A stretch of 64,000 nucleotides of DNA from the human T2T-CHM13v2.0 reference genome, Homo sapiens, in NCBI RefSeq assembly GCF_009914755.1, contig NC_060926.1; one strand, written 5' to 3'. The notes under the pieces are model-generated. The model ran no database searches and was not told the DNA's origin. It saw nothing but the letters and a program-made list of their open reading frames with translations. The position numbers and the translations under genes were made by a program. This document shows positions 1 to 15,099 of the stretch, piece by piece. Position 1 is the first letter of the stretch. Each line of letters starts with the position of its first letter.

Positions 1-73
1 GCCCTGCAGTTAGATATGACTAGTCTCACTTTACCGAGGGAGACACTGAAGTCCAGAGGTGTTCTTGGCATAG

Positions 74-723
74 TGAAGTGGCCTCATTGTCTGGGGTAAT
101 ACCTGTGGTTCGTTGTCTCATGGTCATGGAGATTAAAGACGTGGACCCACGAAGAGTTAGGTTAAGAGCGGAAGTTTAATAGATGAAAGAGAGAGAATAG
201 CTCTCTGTTATAGAAGGGGGTCCCGGAAAAATGGGTTGTTGATCTGTGGTTAAATGTGGGGTGTTTTATAGATGAGTCGCTGGGGAGGTGGTGTCTGATC
301 TACAGAGGGCATGAAAAATTGATTAGGACCAGGTGTGTCATTTGTATAAGGTGTACATTTCTGGCAACCCCCACCCCAGTATTTTATTACAGGTGTGTTT
401 TCAGTCTAAATTGTCATGTTGCCCATTTCTTTTTTACTGTACACGTGTTAACAAAGAAGGGGAAGATGGAGCTTCCATGGTGGACATGTCCAGCCCCCAG
501 GTAGCCTCGTTTCTATAGATGTCATCGTTGGCATTCCCCTGTGTAAGTTTCTAGTTTTTCTAGTTGTCTTTGTTTATCTGTGTCTGTAGTTTGATTTTTC
601 AGGCTATTCTTCGTTAGGAAAAAAATAATTTCTTGAGCTGTTTTTTGTTAGAAGGGAAGTTCTGTCGAGGACTCTTTTGTCCTCACTATCTGTCTAAATA
701 ATTTCTTTCTACCTCCTGTATCA
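74..723 (-). mobile_element. ERV1-class solo LTR, LTR9-like (HUERS-P3 group)
   Basis: The minus strand starts TGATACAGGAGGTAGAAAGAAATTATTTAGACAGATAGTGAGG and ends ...GAGGCCACTTCA, giving TG...CA termini over 650 bp. It matches the recalled LTR9-type consensus. Confidence 0.75.
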
Positions 724-1085
724 GCGGCACCAGCTGGGGTGGCCCGAAGCCAGGGAGCTGGGCCAGTTCACTCACATGGCTGGAAGTCGGAGCTGATGTT
801 GGCTGGGACCTCAACTGGGGCCAGTGGTCGGCACACCCACACAAGCTTCTCCCGGAGGTCTCTTCTCATGGATGCTGGGGGTATCTTCTCTCCTCTGGAA
901 GCTGTGCTCTGAGAGTGAGCGTCCTAAGAGTCAGGAAGAGGAAGCTGCCACTTCAGGACCTGGGTTTGGAAACTGACCCTGGTTAAGCAGGTCGTTGGGC
1001 CCAGGACGAAGGGGAGGGGGGTGGATTCTACCTCCCAGTGAGGAGATGGCCACAGAATTTTCAGGTCGTGTTTTAAAACAGCCTT
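724..1085 (-). mobile_element. Old MaLR LTR fragment (MLT1 family)
   Basis: Degenerate MLT1-type motifs such as CACTCACATGGCTGG and GTTGGCTGGGACCTCA. Confidence 0.5.
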
Positions 1086-1635
1086 CGGAGATTTGGAATG
1101 CCCTCTTCTCACTTTTCTGTTGTTGAAATATTGCCCATCCTTTATGGCCCAGCTGAAATCCACCTCCTTCCTTCCCCCTCTCTTACCTCTCAGTTGAAAT
1201 TAATCATGGCCTCATCAGCTCTTCCAAAGCTCACCCTCGTCTGTTGCTTCCAGTCTCTACCGTTGCACAGTAAGCCAGTGGAGGGCAAGATTCGGTTAAT
1301 CAATTTTACCTGTGTGTAGGGAGTAACAGCGTGCCCCGACATAGGCAACAGGTACCCAGCATTTGAGTGTTAAAAAATGAATAATTGCTGTGAAGCCAAG
1401 GGGTAGAGGCAGGAGAAAGAGGGGTCAGAGGAGAGCAGTCCCCGATTTACCCAGGAGGCCTCTGGCTGTGTGGTTGGGTGTTGCCTTCTATTCAGCGGTA
1501 TCTGAATTGATGCTGAGCAAACATCTAGAAAGAGGAAGCATTGTTGGAGAATTCGACAATTCAGCACTTCTCCTTCTATAGGGTTGTAAGTGTTTCTGTG
1601 AATTTAAAGATTCTATCCAAGGGCAATAATAAATG

Positions 1636-1944
<309 letters not shown>

Positions 1945-1961
1945 TAAAATTAAAAAAAAAA

Positions 1962-2243
1962 TTTTTTTGAGACAGAGTCTGTTGCCCAGGCTGGAGTGCA
2001 GTGGTATGATCACGGCTTACTACAGCCTCAACCTCCTGGGCTCAAGTGATCCTCACACCTCAGCCTCCCGAGTAGCTGGGACTGCAAGCATGCACCACCA
2101 TGCCTGGCTAATTTTTGTATTTTTGTAGAGATGGGGTTTCACCATGTTGTCCAGGCTTGTCTTGAACTCTTGGGCTCAAGTGATCAGCCTACCTCGGCCT
2201 GCTAGAGTGTTGAGATTACAGGCATGAGCTACTGCACCCAGCC
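1962..2243 (-). mobile_element. Alu (AluJ-like)
   Basis: Full reverse-complement Alu dimer with J-type diagnostics. Confidence 0.95.
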
Positions 2244-2256
2244 ATAAATGATTTTT

Positions 2257-2566
<310 letters not shown>

Positions 2567-3716
2567 TCATAAATGATTTTTAATGTAGCACTGCAAACAG
2601 GGATAAGTGGGCTCGTGCTCCTTAGTGGGACTCATTGATAAGGAGGCACTTAGTAGAGTGATAATATCTTCACCCTCTATACCATCTAATAAGTCAAACA
2701 GGTAGCTTGGGATCGGTGCAGTAGCATTTGGGTATATGTTCTGGCCTGGCTTTACTAAACAATTTGCAAGGCAAAGCTAAAACCAAAACATATGGTGGCC
2801 ACTCCAAAAGTGAGGTCTGAGCCTTTGTTATGGCTGTTGCCTCTCTAGCAAGTCTGAGGAGACAAGCTGTGAGCGCAGCTTCCTGCGGACAAGACAAGGC
2901 CTCCCCTTTGTGAACCTCCCATGATGCCTGGTCTCCAGCTGCATCTTTGATATTGGCCATGGACAGTTTTTCTGTGCTGTATCCCCATGGCTTATCTGGG
3001 GCCAATCTTAGAGTACCCCAGTGTCTTCGGGGTGGTTTGTATAAATCCACTCAGGGACTAGATAGTGGTGGATCATTTGCTATGACTCCTTTCTCCAGAA
3101 GTAGAGGTGGCCTGGACAAATCACCTTGCTCATTTTTTCTTGTGTTTCAGAGGTTAGAGCTCAGATGCTAAAGAATCCAAGGGACAAATCCCAAGGGTGC
3201 AGTCTCATTGTCAGCAGCCAAGCTTTCCTGCCACAGAATGAAGCTCTCTCTTCTCCATCCACACTGGCATTTGCCACTTGGGATATAGCAGCTGCTTCTC
3301 AATTCTTTGTCAGGCCTCTAGCCTCTCACTGCTGCTAATTCATGGACTCCCAGGAGGTTACTTCTAAAACTTCTTCCAATCCTTGTTATGGCTCATATGA
3401 ACTTCTGAATAAAGTGGGAGAGGGTTAAGAAGAAGGAAATAAATCTCTATTCAGTGCCTAGGTGCTCAGCGAACACTTTGTCATCTGTATCAATGACACC
3501 ACCAATCCAATTGCTCAAGCCCCAAATCTCATTGGGTTCTCTTTCCATCACCAGCTCCCAACATTCTTTGGCAATTTCTGATAATTCGAGCACCAAAACA
3601 TATTCAAAATCTGCTGACATTTTTCCCACTTTCTCACAATTGCCACCACCTTGGTTCCAAATGGCTATGTGGACTTTTGCAGTAGCCCCTTAGAGTCAAC
3701 AATGTTAGTGCTGTAC

Positions 3717-4135
3717 TGTAGTGGATGTTGTGGTGTGTAGCCCAGACCCACTTCAGGAGGGGACACTCACACCTCCAGTCATAGGGAGTGTTGACTGCTG
3801 TTGCTTCATGGCTCTGTCCTTCCATTGGCTAAAAAGAGCTGCTGTGCCCAAGGTTATACTCCCTCCCTGGGGGCAGCTTACATTCCATGACTGATAGATT
3901 TGGGGATACAAAGGACTGCCCTCCTTTTCTCAATTCGGGACAACCCTGAAGGCCCTTCCCAGCTTTAAGCTTCCCATGGGGGTCCACTGAGGCCCTTGTA
4001 AGCACCCACATCATGATTCAGCTTTATGATTTAGCTTCTCTTACCCAACCTTATTTTTGCCACCTCCTTGTTGGTGTCATTGCCAAGAGCACACTCCAGT
4101 AAACCTCCTGTAGGCAGATAGCCATCTCAGAGTCA
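3717..4135 (+). mobile_element. ERVL LTR16-family LTR (LTR16C-like), first copy
   Basis: Starts TGTAGTGGATG and contains CAATTCGGGACAACCCTGAAGG and CCAGTAAACCTCCTG...TCTCAGAGTC, typical of LTR16. Confidence 0.75.
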
Positions 4136-4153
4136 AAAATGTTGGTTCCATAC

Positions 4154-4330
4154 TGTAGTGGATGCTGTGGTATGTAGCCCAGACTCTGCTTCAGGAGGAG
4201 ACACTCACACCTCCAGTCATGGGGAGTGTTGACTGCTGTTGCTTCATGGCTGTGTCCTTCCATTGGCTAAAAAGAGCTGCTGTGCCCAAGGTTATGCCCC
4301 ATCCCTGGGGGCAGCTTACATTCCGTGATT
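4154..4330 (+). repeat. Second, partial LTR16 copy from a local tandem duplication
   Basis: Near-identical to 3717-3893 at a 437-bp offset, including the non-LTR 5' flank. Confidence 0.85.
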
Positions 4331-4334
4331 ACAT

Positions 4335-4832
4335 GTCTGTGGCCGATGACACCTGTCGAGTGTTCTGCTGCCCCTCCCCATTGTGTAGCAACCCTGGGTG
4401 GATTCTAGCAGCGTTGTCCAGCTGGCAGAACTCTATCCCCCTTGCCACAGTTATTGGCTCAGGAAGGGGTTTGTCACCACAATAGCCACTAAGCCAAGTG
4501 GCCAGTGGCATTCACATGGCCACAGTGATTGTTCCAGGGTGAGCATGTGACATAAACCAATCAGAGTGAAGCTCTGGACTTTGGTCAATGGCTAGAAGAG
4601 TGGCATTTGCTTGGGCAGAAGCATGGATCCCTGTTGTCCCTGGAAACTACCCCACAAGATGAGGAAAACCCACGTGGGGATGAAGCTGAAGCGGGGCAGA
4701 GCTGAAACAGTCACGGAGAAATGGAGACAATACCTGATCAGTGTCTGAAGACTGTCCTTCAGCTGAACATTCCAGTTATTGAAATATGAAATCATCTTTA
4801 TTGTTTAAGCAAGTTTGATTTGGGTTTCTAAT
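4335..4832 (+). mobile_element. Old MaLR LTR (MLT1J/K-like)
   Basis: Contains GGCCACAGTGATTG...CATGTGAC...CCAATCAGAG and a 3' end TTGTTTAAGCAAGTTTGATTTGGGTTTC. Confidence 0.6.
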
Positions 4833-4860
4833 TGGTCTTTCTATTTTCACTCTTGGTATC

Positions 4861-5362
4861 TGTGATGGTTAATATAGAGTGTCAACTTGATTGGATTGGA
4901 GGATGCAAAGTATTGATCCTGGGTGTGTCTGTGAGGGTGTTGCCAAAGGAGATTAACATTTGAGTCAGTGGGTTGGGAAAGGCAGACCCACCCTTAATCT
5001 GGGTGGGCACCAGCTAATCAGCTGCCAATACAGCTAGAATATGAAGCAGGTGGAAAAAAACGTGAAAAGGCCAGGCTGGCCTAGCCTCCTAGCCTACATC
5101 TTTCTCCCATGCTGGATGCTTCCTGCCCTCAAACATCAGACTCCAAGTTCTTCAGTTTTGGGACTTGGACTGGCTCTCCTTACTCCTCAGCCTGCAGATG
5201 GCCTATTTTTGGACCTTGCGATCATGTGAGTTAATATTTTAAAAACTCCTCTCTCTCTCTGTCTCTCTCTGTCTCTCTCTCTGTCTCTCTCTCTGTCTCT
5301 CTCTCTCTCTGTATATATATATCCTATTAGTTCTGTCCCTCTAGAGAATCCTGACTAATACG
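4861..5362 (+). mobile_element. MLT2A (HERV-L) solo LTR with internal (CT)n/(TA)n tract
   Basis: Starts TGTGATGGTTAATATAGAGTGTCAACTTGATTGG and ends CCTGACTAATACG. 5-bp TSD GTATC at 4856-4860 and 5363-5367. Confidence 0.92.
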
Positions 5363-5461
5363 GTATCTTAAAATTCTTTTTCCACAAAGCAGACTCTTAT
5401 GGATTCTTGAAAAAGTTTAAATTAGTTCACACTCCTCTCCCCTACTTAAAACTTTCCAATG

Positions 5462-6730
<1,269 letters not shown>

Positions 6731-7065
6731 AGACAGAACCTTTCCCAGTGGCTTCTTATAAGACATAGAAGAAAAATCTGCCCTCCTGAGCAGACCTTTA
6801 AGAGCCTGCCTCTGACGTCACCTCAAACCCCTCCCTCTTTCCCTCTGTTCATGGCAGTATTCTTTCATTTCCTCAGACACAACAGGCTGGTTCCCGCCTT
6901 CGGGCCTTGGCACGACCTGCTGCCTCCATCACTGCAGTCTCAGCTTATGTACCACCTCTTCAGGCTCTTCTCACACCAGGTGATCTGAAGTGACAGTGCC
7001 CCCGGGTGAGCAGTTCATCAAACTTGGTGTTTAGTTTCTCCTCAGAACTGATCAGAATTCATATG

Positions 7066-7404
<339 letters not shown>

Positions 7405-7533
7405 TAGGATGAAGCCTCCATGAGGGAACAGAGGAGAACCTTCCTATGTGCTGGCAACATCTGTCTACAACAGTGTCTGCCACATACTAATAAAGTTTAG
7501 TGATTGAAAATTTAATGAAAGTGTAGGTTTTCA

Positions 7534-7841
<308 letters not shown>

Positions 7842-7939
7842 TTTTTTTTTTCTTGCAATTCTTTAGAACTAGAGTAAAAAAAAAGTTTGTGAAAGTTTAA
7901 TCTTTTTATTTTTATTTTTTTAATGCAATGTAATAAAAT

Positions 7940-8285
7940 TAATAGACTTCATTTAGTCTATTAGAGCAGTTTTAGGTTTACAGCAAAGTTGAGGGGGACA
8001 GTGAATTCCCCATAAAACCCCTCCCCCTGCCACACACACAGCCTTCCCCACTATCAACATCCCACACCGCAGCAGCCCGCATGTTTGTTACAATGAACCT
8101 ACATTGACACCTCATTATCCCCCAGAGCCCACAGTTTACATTAGGGTTCACACTTGGTGTTGTGCATTCTATGGGTCTGGACAGATGGAGATGACACACA
8201 TCTACTCTTATAGTATCAGACACAGTAGTTTCACTGTCCTAAAAATCCTCTGTGCTCCAACTATTCATTCCAACCTACCCCCAAT
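7940..8285 (-). mobile_element. L1MC/MD 3' UTR fragment
   Basis: Contains AGAGCAGTTTTAGGTTTACAGCAAA, TTTACATTAGGGTTCACACTTGGTGTTGT and CCTAAAAATCCTCTGTGCTCC. Confidence 0.8.
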
Positions 8286-11200
8286 TTGCTTTATCTGTAT
8301 ATCAATTTTTCAATTAAAATGTATCAGAAATTCAATGGGCAGGAAGTAGTTTCAGAGGGTGAGGAAGAGAAATAACAGGCTGCCGTTTGTCATTTCCCCT
8401 TTAAGAAGTGCAGAGTGTCGAGGCCATGGGCACAGCCTGGAGCACCCTGTTCCAGTAGGGTGTGTGCCCCCTCCACCCAGGCCCACGACCCTGAGACCAG
8501 AGGAATGCGAGGGTCTGTCTCCCGCCCTCCTTGCACCACCAGGGCCCAGGGCACTCTTCCGCCCATGCAGATGGCAGCTGGGACGAAGGGGCAGCACAGT
8601 GCCAGTCTCCTGCTAGCCTGTGCGGGGCAGGCGACACTGGGCATGGTGCAGCCTTGCTGTCTCAGTGTCCCCTACCAGCCCCCTTTGGATCATGTCTGAT
8701 TCTTCTGAGGACAGGCGCTGCGAATAAAACACCTCTGAGAATTTGGGGCACAAATGTGCTACACTGGAAACCCCTGCTTTGGAGGGGGCACAAAGCCAAA
8801 TGACCCCTGGCTCTGGCCCCCGGGTCACAAGTGCATGGATGTGTTCGGAAATTCCCAGGGGCACTCCGGAAGCCTGGGATGCATGACCAGCAAAGCAGGG
8901 CTTCCTCCTTGCCTGCTAGGGTGCCCGCTTCATTCACTCCAGATGCTGGTGTGGTCTGGGGACAGCTGATGTATCATCACGTTAACAGTGTTATCCCCCA
9001 CCCCGTCTTCAGTGACCCAGGTCACCCTCTCTTCTGGGGTGCTGTCCAGGCACTTTCCAGGATTGCACTGGCTTCAACAGTTCTTCGTGCCCTTCTCATT
9101 CCCCAAGAGAGAATCTGCTTACCCGGTGTTGTGAAAAGGGCGATATCTGGCCTGAGCTTTTGGAGAGGCTCTGGGCTGGGAGAAGGGTTTGTGTCATGCC
9201 CACCTCCTCAGCTGTTTGTTCCCCTGATGTCCTCTCTCCCAGGGTCTCTTTTGGGCCACTCATACCCAGAATCCTGGCTCATGGACACCTCCCGCCCCCA
9301 GGCAGCTCCCAGCGCTGTTGGCTTCTTCAGCTTCAGGAGCACCCGTGCCTCACAGCCCTGTCCCCTCTCTTAGTTGAGCAGGTGGGCTCTGCCCTGCTTC
9401 TCCAGACTCTCATTTTCCTCCTTCCATTGCCTGCTATTGCCTATAATTTGGCCAAAAGCCATAATAACCAAGGGTGTTGACTTTTTGCTCTCCAATCAAA
9501 AGATCCTGTCCTTACCAGGAACTGCCCTTGTTAGAAGGCACGGTGTTGGGGGGTGGAGATTAGAAACAATTTTTCTGCCTTTCACTGAGTCAATCACCAA
9601 ATCCTGCCAAATTTGAAACCTAAGTGGCATGTTCTCCTCTCCACACAAATCCTAGTTCAGGTCCCAGAATTTCTGGCCTGGGCTATTGCAACAGCCTCTT
9701 TTTTTAATTATTATTTTTAATTTTTTGTGGGTACATAGTAGGTGTACATATTGACACTGTACGTGATTACATTTCCAATCTCTTTTGGAGGTGAGCTCTG
9801 AAGTCCATCCCTGGATTCCTCTAAGGATGAGAAGTCGGGTCAAACAGTCCCTCTGACCACCTAAAAGTGGCATAAATCAAACCTCAGCTTCTCCGTGGCG
9901 GCACTGTGAAGTCCACATGCCTTCGCGAGGTGGCAGGGCTTGTCCTCTGTGCTCCCGCCATGCCCAAGTTCTTCAAGCGTGTTGCATGGAAGACTTTGCT
10001 CTTTGGCTGTCTCTGCCTAGGATGCTTCTCTGCCCCCTGCTACCTTGGCTGACACTCAACCCTTAAGCCATGGTAGCCCTTCTAGGAAGCTTCCTCACCC
10101 CAGGCCCTGGGAGGTAGAGGGGCCGCTCCTGCTCCACACTGCCTCCTTGCACCCGCATGTAGAAGCAGTGCCTGTGTCTGCCCCTCCAGTGTGGGTGCGC
10201 AGCTTCAAGACAGGGGCCAGGACTGGGCTGTGTCCCAGCTCCTAGCACGGCCTGGGAAAATGAATGAATGAATGTTGGAATGAATGAACGCATCCGTGAA
10301 TAATATGCTGTGGACCTCCGTGCCTATCAGTTCTCCATTTGTTTTGGCTGAATGCTTGTGTTTGAACTGGTGGAACTCAGTGAGTTTGCAAGCCTGCCTG
10401 GTTCTGGCCAGAGGGTCAAGGTTCTCTCGGGCACCTTTTCCTGCGGGCACAGCTATGGGGCAGGAGTGCGTCTGCAGGGACATGGGGTGGCACCCAGAGC
10501 CTTTGCAGGAAGCAGCAGGGCCTTTCCTCCCTGGCGGCCTGGGGAGTGCAGCCAAGGGACAAAAGAGGATTCTAAGTTGTTTTCTGGAGCTCACTCTCTC
10601 AAAAATAAAATCCAAAACCCAGCCCATGAGGGCAAAGCAATTTTGTAGGAGATACTTAAGTCTTCAGTTAAAGTGAGAAATTAGTTCAAGGAAATAGGGA
10701 GAATGTGGCCTCAGACTTAGAGCTGAACTGAACTGCCCCTCCAGGCCCTCGGGTCACCCCCTGCGCGGGCGTGGCTGTGCCCCTGGACACACGGGGACTC
10801 CACCTGCGCAGAGTGGGCTGGAGCTGAGGTCTGCCTGGTGCCACCCCCGCCGGCTGGTGGCTCAGGAGGCACACGGGGCACTTCTGTGGTCTCCTTGGGC
10901 GCTTGGCCACGTCAGCTTTTCAGAACATTCAGTTCCTCCCCACTTAGCCTCTCTGTCTCCCTCCTAGGGAGAAATGAGCTCCCTCCTGCACCGGCCCAGC
11001 CCCTCACTGTCCCTGAGCCACAGGGGCTGGCGGGGAGGGCCCTTGTGGGAGCGCAGCGGACTCCGCTCTGCTTCCAGCCGCTGGTGAGACCCCCCTTCTC
11101 TCTTTCCGGGATTCCTTGACTGCAGTGGGTTTGGGTTGGCCTCACCCTTGGCACTTGGAGCCGCAGATGAGTCTACTGTGATAGGGCGGGCGTTGATGAG

Positions 11201-11964
11201 CGCTGTGACCACTTGCCCCCACCTACTTAGCCTTCCCCTTGACCCCGTGGCCAGGGCTGTGGCGCTGCCCTCCTCCCGGGCCCGTGCACATTGTAGTCTA
11301 CGGCACTCTCTTGACTCGGGGAAACGCAGGCTGGCTTGTTTCTGAGGGTGGCCCCCACCTGACAAAACTGCTCAGCTCACTAAGAATCAGCGGCACTGGT
11401 CACATTACTTCTCCGGCTCCTTCTCCCTGTAAGCCTCTTCCGGCATGGTGGCTGGAGCCCTCCCTTGCAGCTGCTAAGACTGCGTTTCACCCGGCAGCCC
11501 CACATCCTGGGGCAGGGGCAGGTCATCGGTCAGACCTCTGGGTAGCCTGAATGGGAGGTGTCGTCAGCTGCTGATTTGGGTGCAATAAGCAGCTTTCAGA
11601 TCCAGCTACGATGTGCCCCTCGCCTCCACACCCTGCCTGGCAGACACAAGTAATCTGCTCACTGGACAGGATTGGCCTTCACTGAACACGAGTTAATTGA
11701 TACCAACGTCTCCTTCATCGCGTGATTGTGTGTCTGACAGATTCTAGGGCCTGACAGGATGCAGTTTCCAAGCGGAACCCAGCTCCCGGCCGTAGTCATC
11801 CTCCTCCTCCCAGCCACCTTCCTGGACCCCTGCTGTCCTGCCTTGGGCAGCCAGTCATGGGGTGTGAATGTCCTCTCCTTCCTCTCCCCTCAAACCTCTC
11901 TCTCCTCATGTGCCAGGCTCTCTGCTGGGCGCTGAGGGCAGAGGCGGGCAAGCCAGGGTCCCCT

Positions 11965-12046
11965 GGAGCTATGATGGTGCCACTGCACTCCAGCCTGGGT
12001 GACAGAGCAAGACCCTGTCTCAAAAAAAAAAAAAAAAAAAAAAAAA
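11965..12046 (+). mobile_element. 5'-truncated Alu 3' end with poly-A
   Basis: GTGCCACTGCACTCCAGCCTGGGTGACAGAGCAAGACCCTGTCTC followed by a long A run. Confidence 0.9.
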
Positions 12047-12164
12047 GAGGAGAGAATTCATTTCAACAGATATTTACTGAGCACCTATGATATTCCAGGC
12101 ACAATTCGAGGTGGTGGAATATGGCGGGGAGTGAAATAGACAACAATCCTGCCAGCAATGTTGA

Positions 12165-12645
12165 ACTGGAACACACCCACCCAGCATCCCAACCCCAGGC
12201 ACATACTCACCCCACGGGCGTGTGAATTCACCGAAAGGCAGGCTTAAGAATGCTCACAACAGCAGGACTGGCCAGATCCCAAACTGCAAACCGCCCAAAT
12301 GCCCATCAGCAGTGGAAGGATAAATTGTGTTCTGCTCACACAGTGCAATGCAGTGCAGCCGTGAGAATGAGCAAACTGCAGCTGCAGATATCCTCGCCAT
12401 CTACGCCTCACAAACACCACCTGGTGGGATTCTATTAATTCCTGTTTGAAGCACGAGGCCAGGAGACCTAACCTTGCAGCGGGCACCCTCGGTTGAGTAG
12501 TGACAGGATGTGACCGCAAGGGGGCGCTCTGCCCTTGCTCTGCGCAGGCTGCTGCGGGGATGCGTGTGGGATTTGAGCTGTGCGCTCAGGACTCGTGCGC
12601 TTTTCTCTGTATGTGCTGTACTTAGATACAATATTTACACTAAAA
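12165..12645 (+). mobile_element. L1ME-like 3' end
   Basis: AAGAATGCTCACAACAGCA...CCCAAATGCCCATCAGCAGTGGAAGGATAAATTGTG, plus a degenerate terminal TTTTCTCTGTATGTGCTGTACTT. Confidence 0.7.
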
Positions 12646-14697
12646 AATCGGGGCTGTGGTGGACCGAAGGGCCCAGGCTCAGGCCCTGGGCTGGCTGAAT
12701 CCTGCAGTCAGCATCTCCCGCCTCGGTCTTCCTTCCAGGAGGTCGGGTCCAGGGCAGAAGAGGGCGACCCCAGATGAGGCATCTCCTGAGGGGAGGGGCA
12801 GCTGGCTTGGAGGCCAGGCTGTGGCTTGCCACAGGAACAGGGAAAGGAGGCGGTGAGGATCACCTGGGCCCCCAGGGACATTTGGCGGACGCAGAAAAGG
12901 CAAGGTCGAGGCCAGCGCTGGTCTCACCCCCCGCCCCCCCAGCCACTGAGACCCGCAGAAGCCGGGACTCTGGAGGCTCCCAGAACTCCAGCCCTCTGGG
13001 GTCACTCTCCTTAAAAGGCCAAGTGATGGGTGGGAGGGAGCTCACAGATGATATTGGGGCATGGAGAAAGGCCAGGAGTCCCCATTTCCCAGAGGCAGAG
13101 CAGTCAGAAAGCATCCCCTCCCCTGCCTGGACAGGTGTCCATGTAGAGCCCAGGCTCTGTGTCAGGGACAGCCCCGCTCCCTCGACAGGCCAGTTCCGCG
13201 GAAGGGGCCCATGTCTGTGTGGCCTCTAGTCTCACTTTGGCCAGGCTGGCTCCTGCCCTCGGGCAGGCCCAGGATCTGGGGTCTTTTTCCCTGTCCGGTC
13301 CCTCTCCTCTCCCCTCCTCCGGCTCCCGCAGTTGTTAATCATCCTTTCCCGTTTGGAATTTCCCGATCAGCAGGCCTGGGAGGCAGCTTTCTCAGGCCCC
13401 CACTTTGCTGCTGTGTCTCTGAGCTTGGTGTGTCCCCACCCCCTCTGGGGGTTTTCAGTCCATCACCACAGTGGGGTAATAAGCCTCACAGCCAAGGGGA
13501 GTGGCCCCCAGAACCTCAAAAACCCACAGCGGGCTCATTCCCTGACTTCTGCCAGGTAGAGGCGGCTGGGCCCTCTCCTCAGAACATGTTTGAGCCCCTT
13601 CTCAGAAGTTTCCAGAGTGCCAGTATGGTTGGCACCAGCCTTGTAAGCCCCTATGAATAGAGACACATCCCTCTTATACCCATACACAGATTGGAACTCC
13701 CGGAGGCAGGGCCTGGATTCCAGGGCATGTACTTGCTGTATAGTGGGCTCTGCAGGGAGATGTATGAAGTTAAGTGGATGTGGACATCGAGCCTGGAAAG
13801 GTTAAATGACATCCCCAGGGCTGGAAGCCATCAAGTGTCTGGAAGTGGAGCTTGGAGCTCGAGGTGCCAAGACCCTGAAGTGGCAGCCAGTGTCTGGTTA
13901 TTGGAAGCCCCAGACGCTTGTTTAGAGAAATCTTTGCCTCCTCCCAGGTCCCACCAGTGCTCTCTGTGTTTCTCTTATCTTTGGATGTTGCCACACGGAA
14001 GCGGAATTCTAAAATAATTTCCTCTCCCTTCCCCCATCCCCAGACTTCTGAAGAAGATTTAAACTGGGCATTAGGTGTTTTCTAAATACTGTTGCAAAGT
14101 CCCAACAGCTTCTACAGTGAGAGCAACGCAGATCTGGGGAAAGATCCCAGTGAATTTGTATCTTTCTTTGGGGCCTCAGCAGCAGTTGCATGATTTCAAA
14201 AGGAGGCAGTGCCTCACTCTCCTTTCAGGCTGCGCTTCTGAGCAGAGACAAAAAAGGGAACCTCTCAGGCTGGATCAAAGGCGAGCCTCTTTCTATGTGG
14301 GCCACGGATGCTGCCTGCAGCAGTGTGCTTTGGAGAGAAAGACCCTCTCTGTGGAGAGGGAACATTCTGGACACGTGTGCCCTTCTCCTGTGAGGCTTCC
14401 CTCCCTCCCTGGGGCTGGCCACCCTCCCTCCCTCCTTCCACGGAGGCCTGGCCTCTCTGTGGCACTGCCCCTCACCCCTCTGGGCTGCAGTGACTCCCAG
14501 AGGTGGGATCTCATTGGTCCCTGAGCGCCTGGCAGGACTGACAGGGTGCTTAGTAAACCCTTGTGGCCTGGATGCAGGCCGAGGCTCCTGTGGCCTGGGA
14601 GGGTCCAGGTCCTTCTTTGTTATGAACACTAAGAGGCAGGTCTCCTCCCTTCCCTGCCTCAGACACACAAGGGACACTTGATGTGTTTGTGGAGTGA

Positions 14698-15074
<377 letters not shown>

Positions 15075-15099
15075 TAATTTCATAGCGTGGGTTGATGAA

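Noticed and set aside
3692-4330. Direct repeat read as paired proviral LTRs
   Set aside because: There is no internal sequence between the copies, and the repeat includes external flank.
6813-6820. Full CRE TGACGTCA, and isolated p53 half-sites near 482 and 13583
   Set aside because: Single short motifs are expected by chance in 64 kb and have no supporting cluster.
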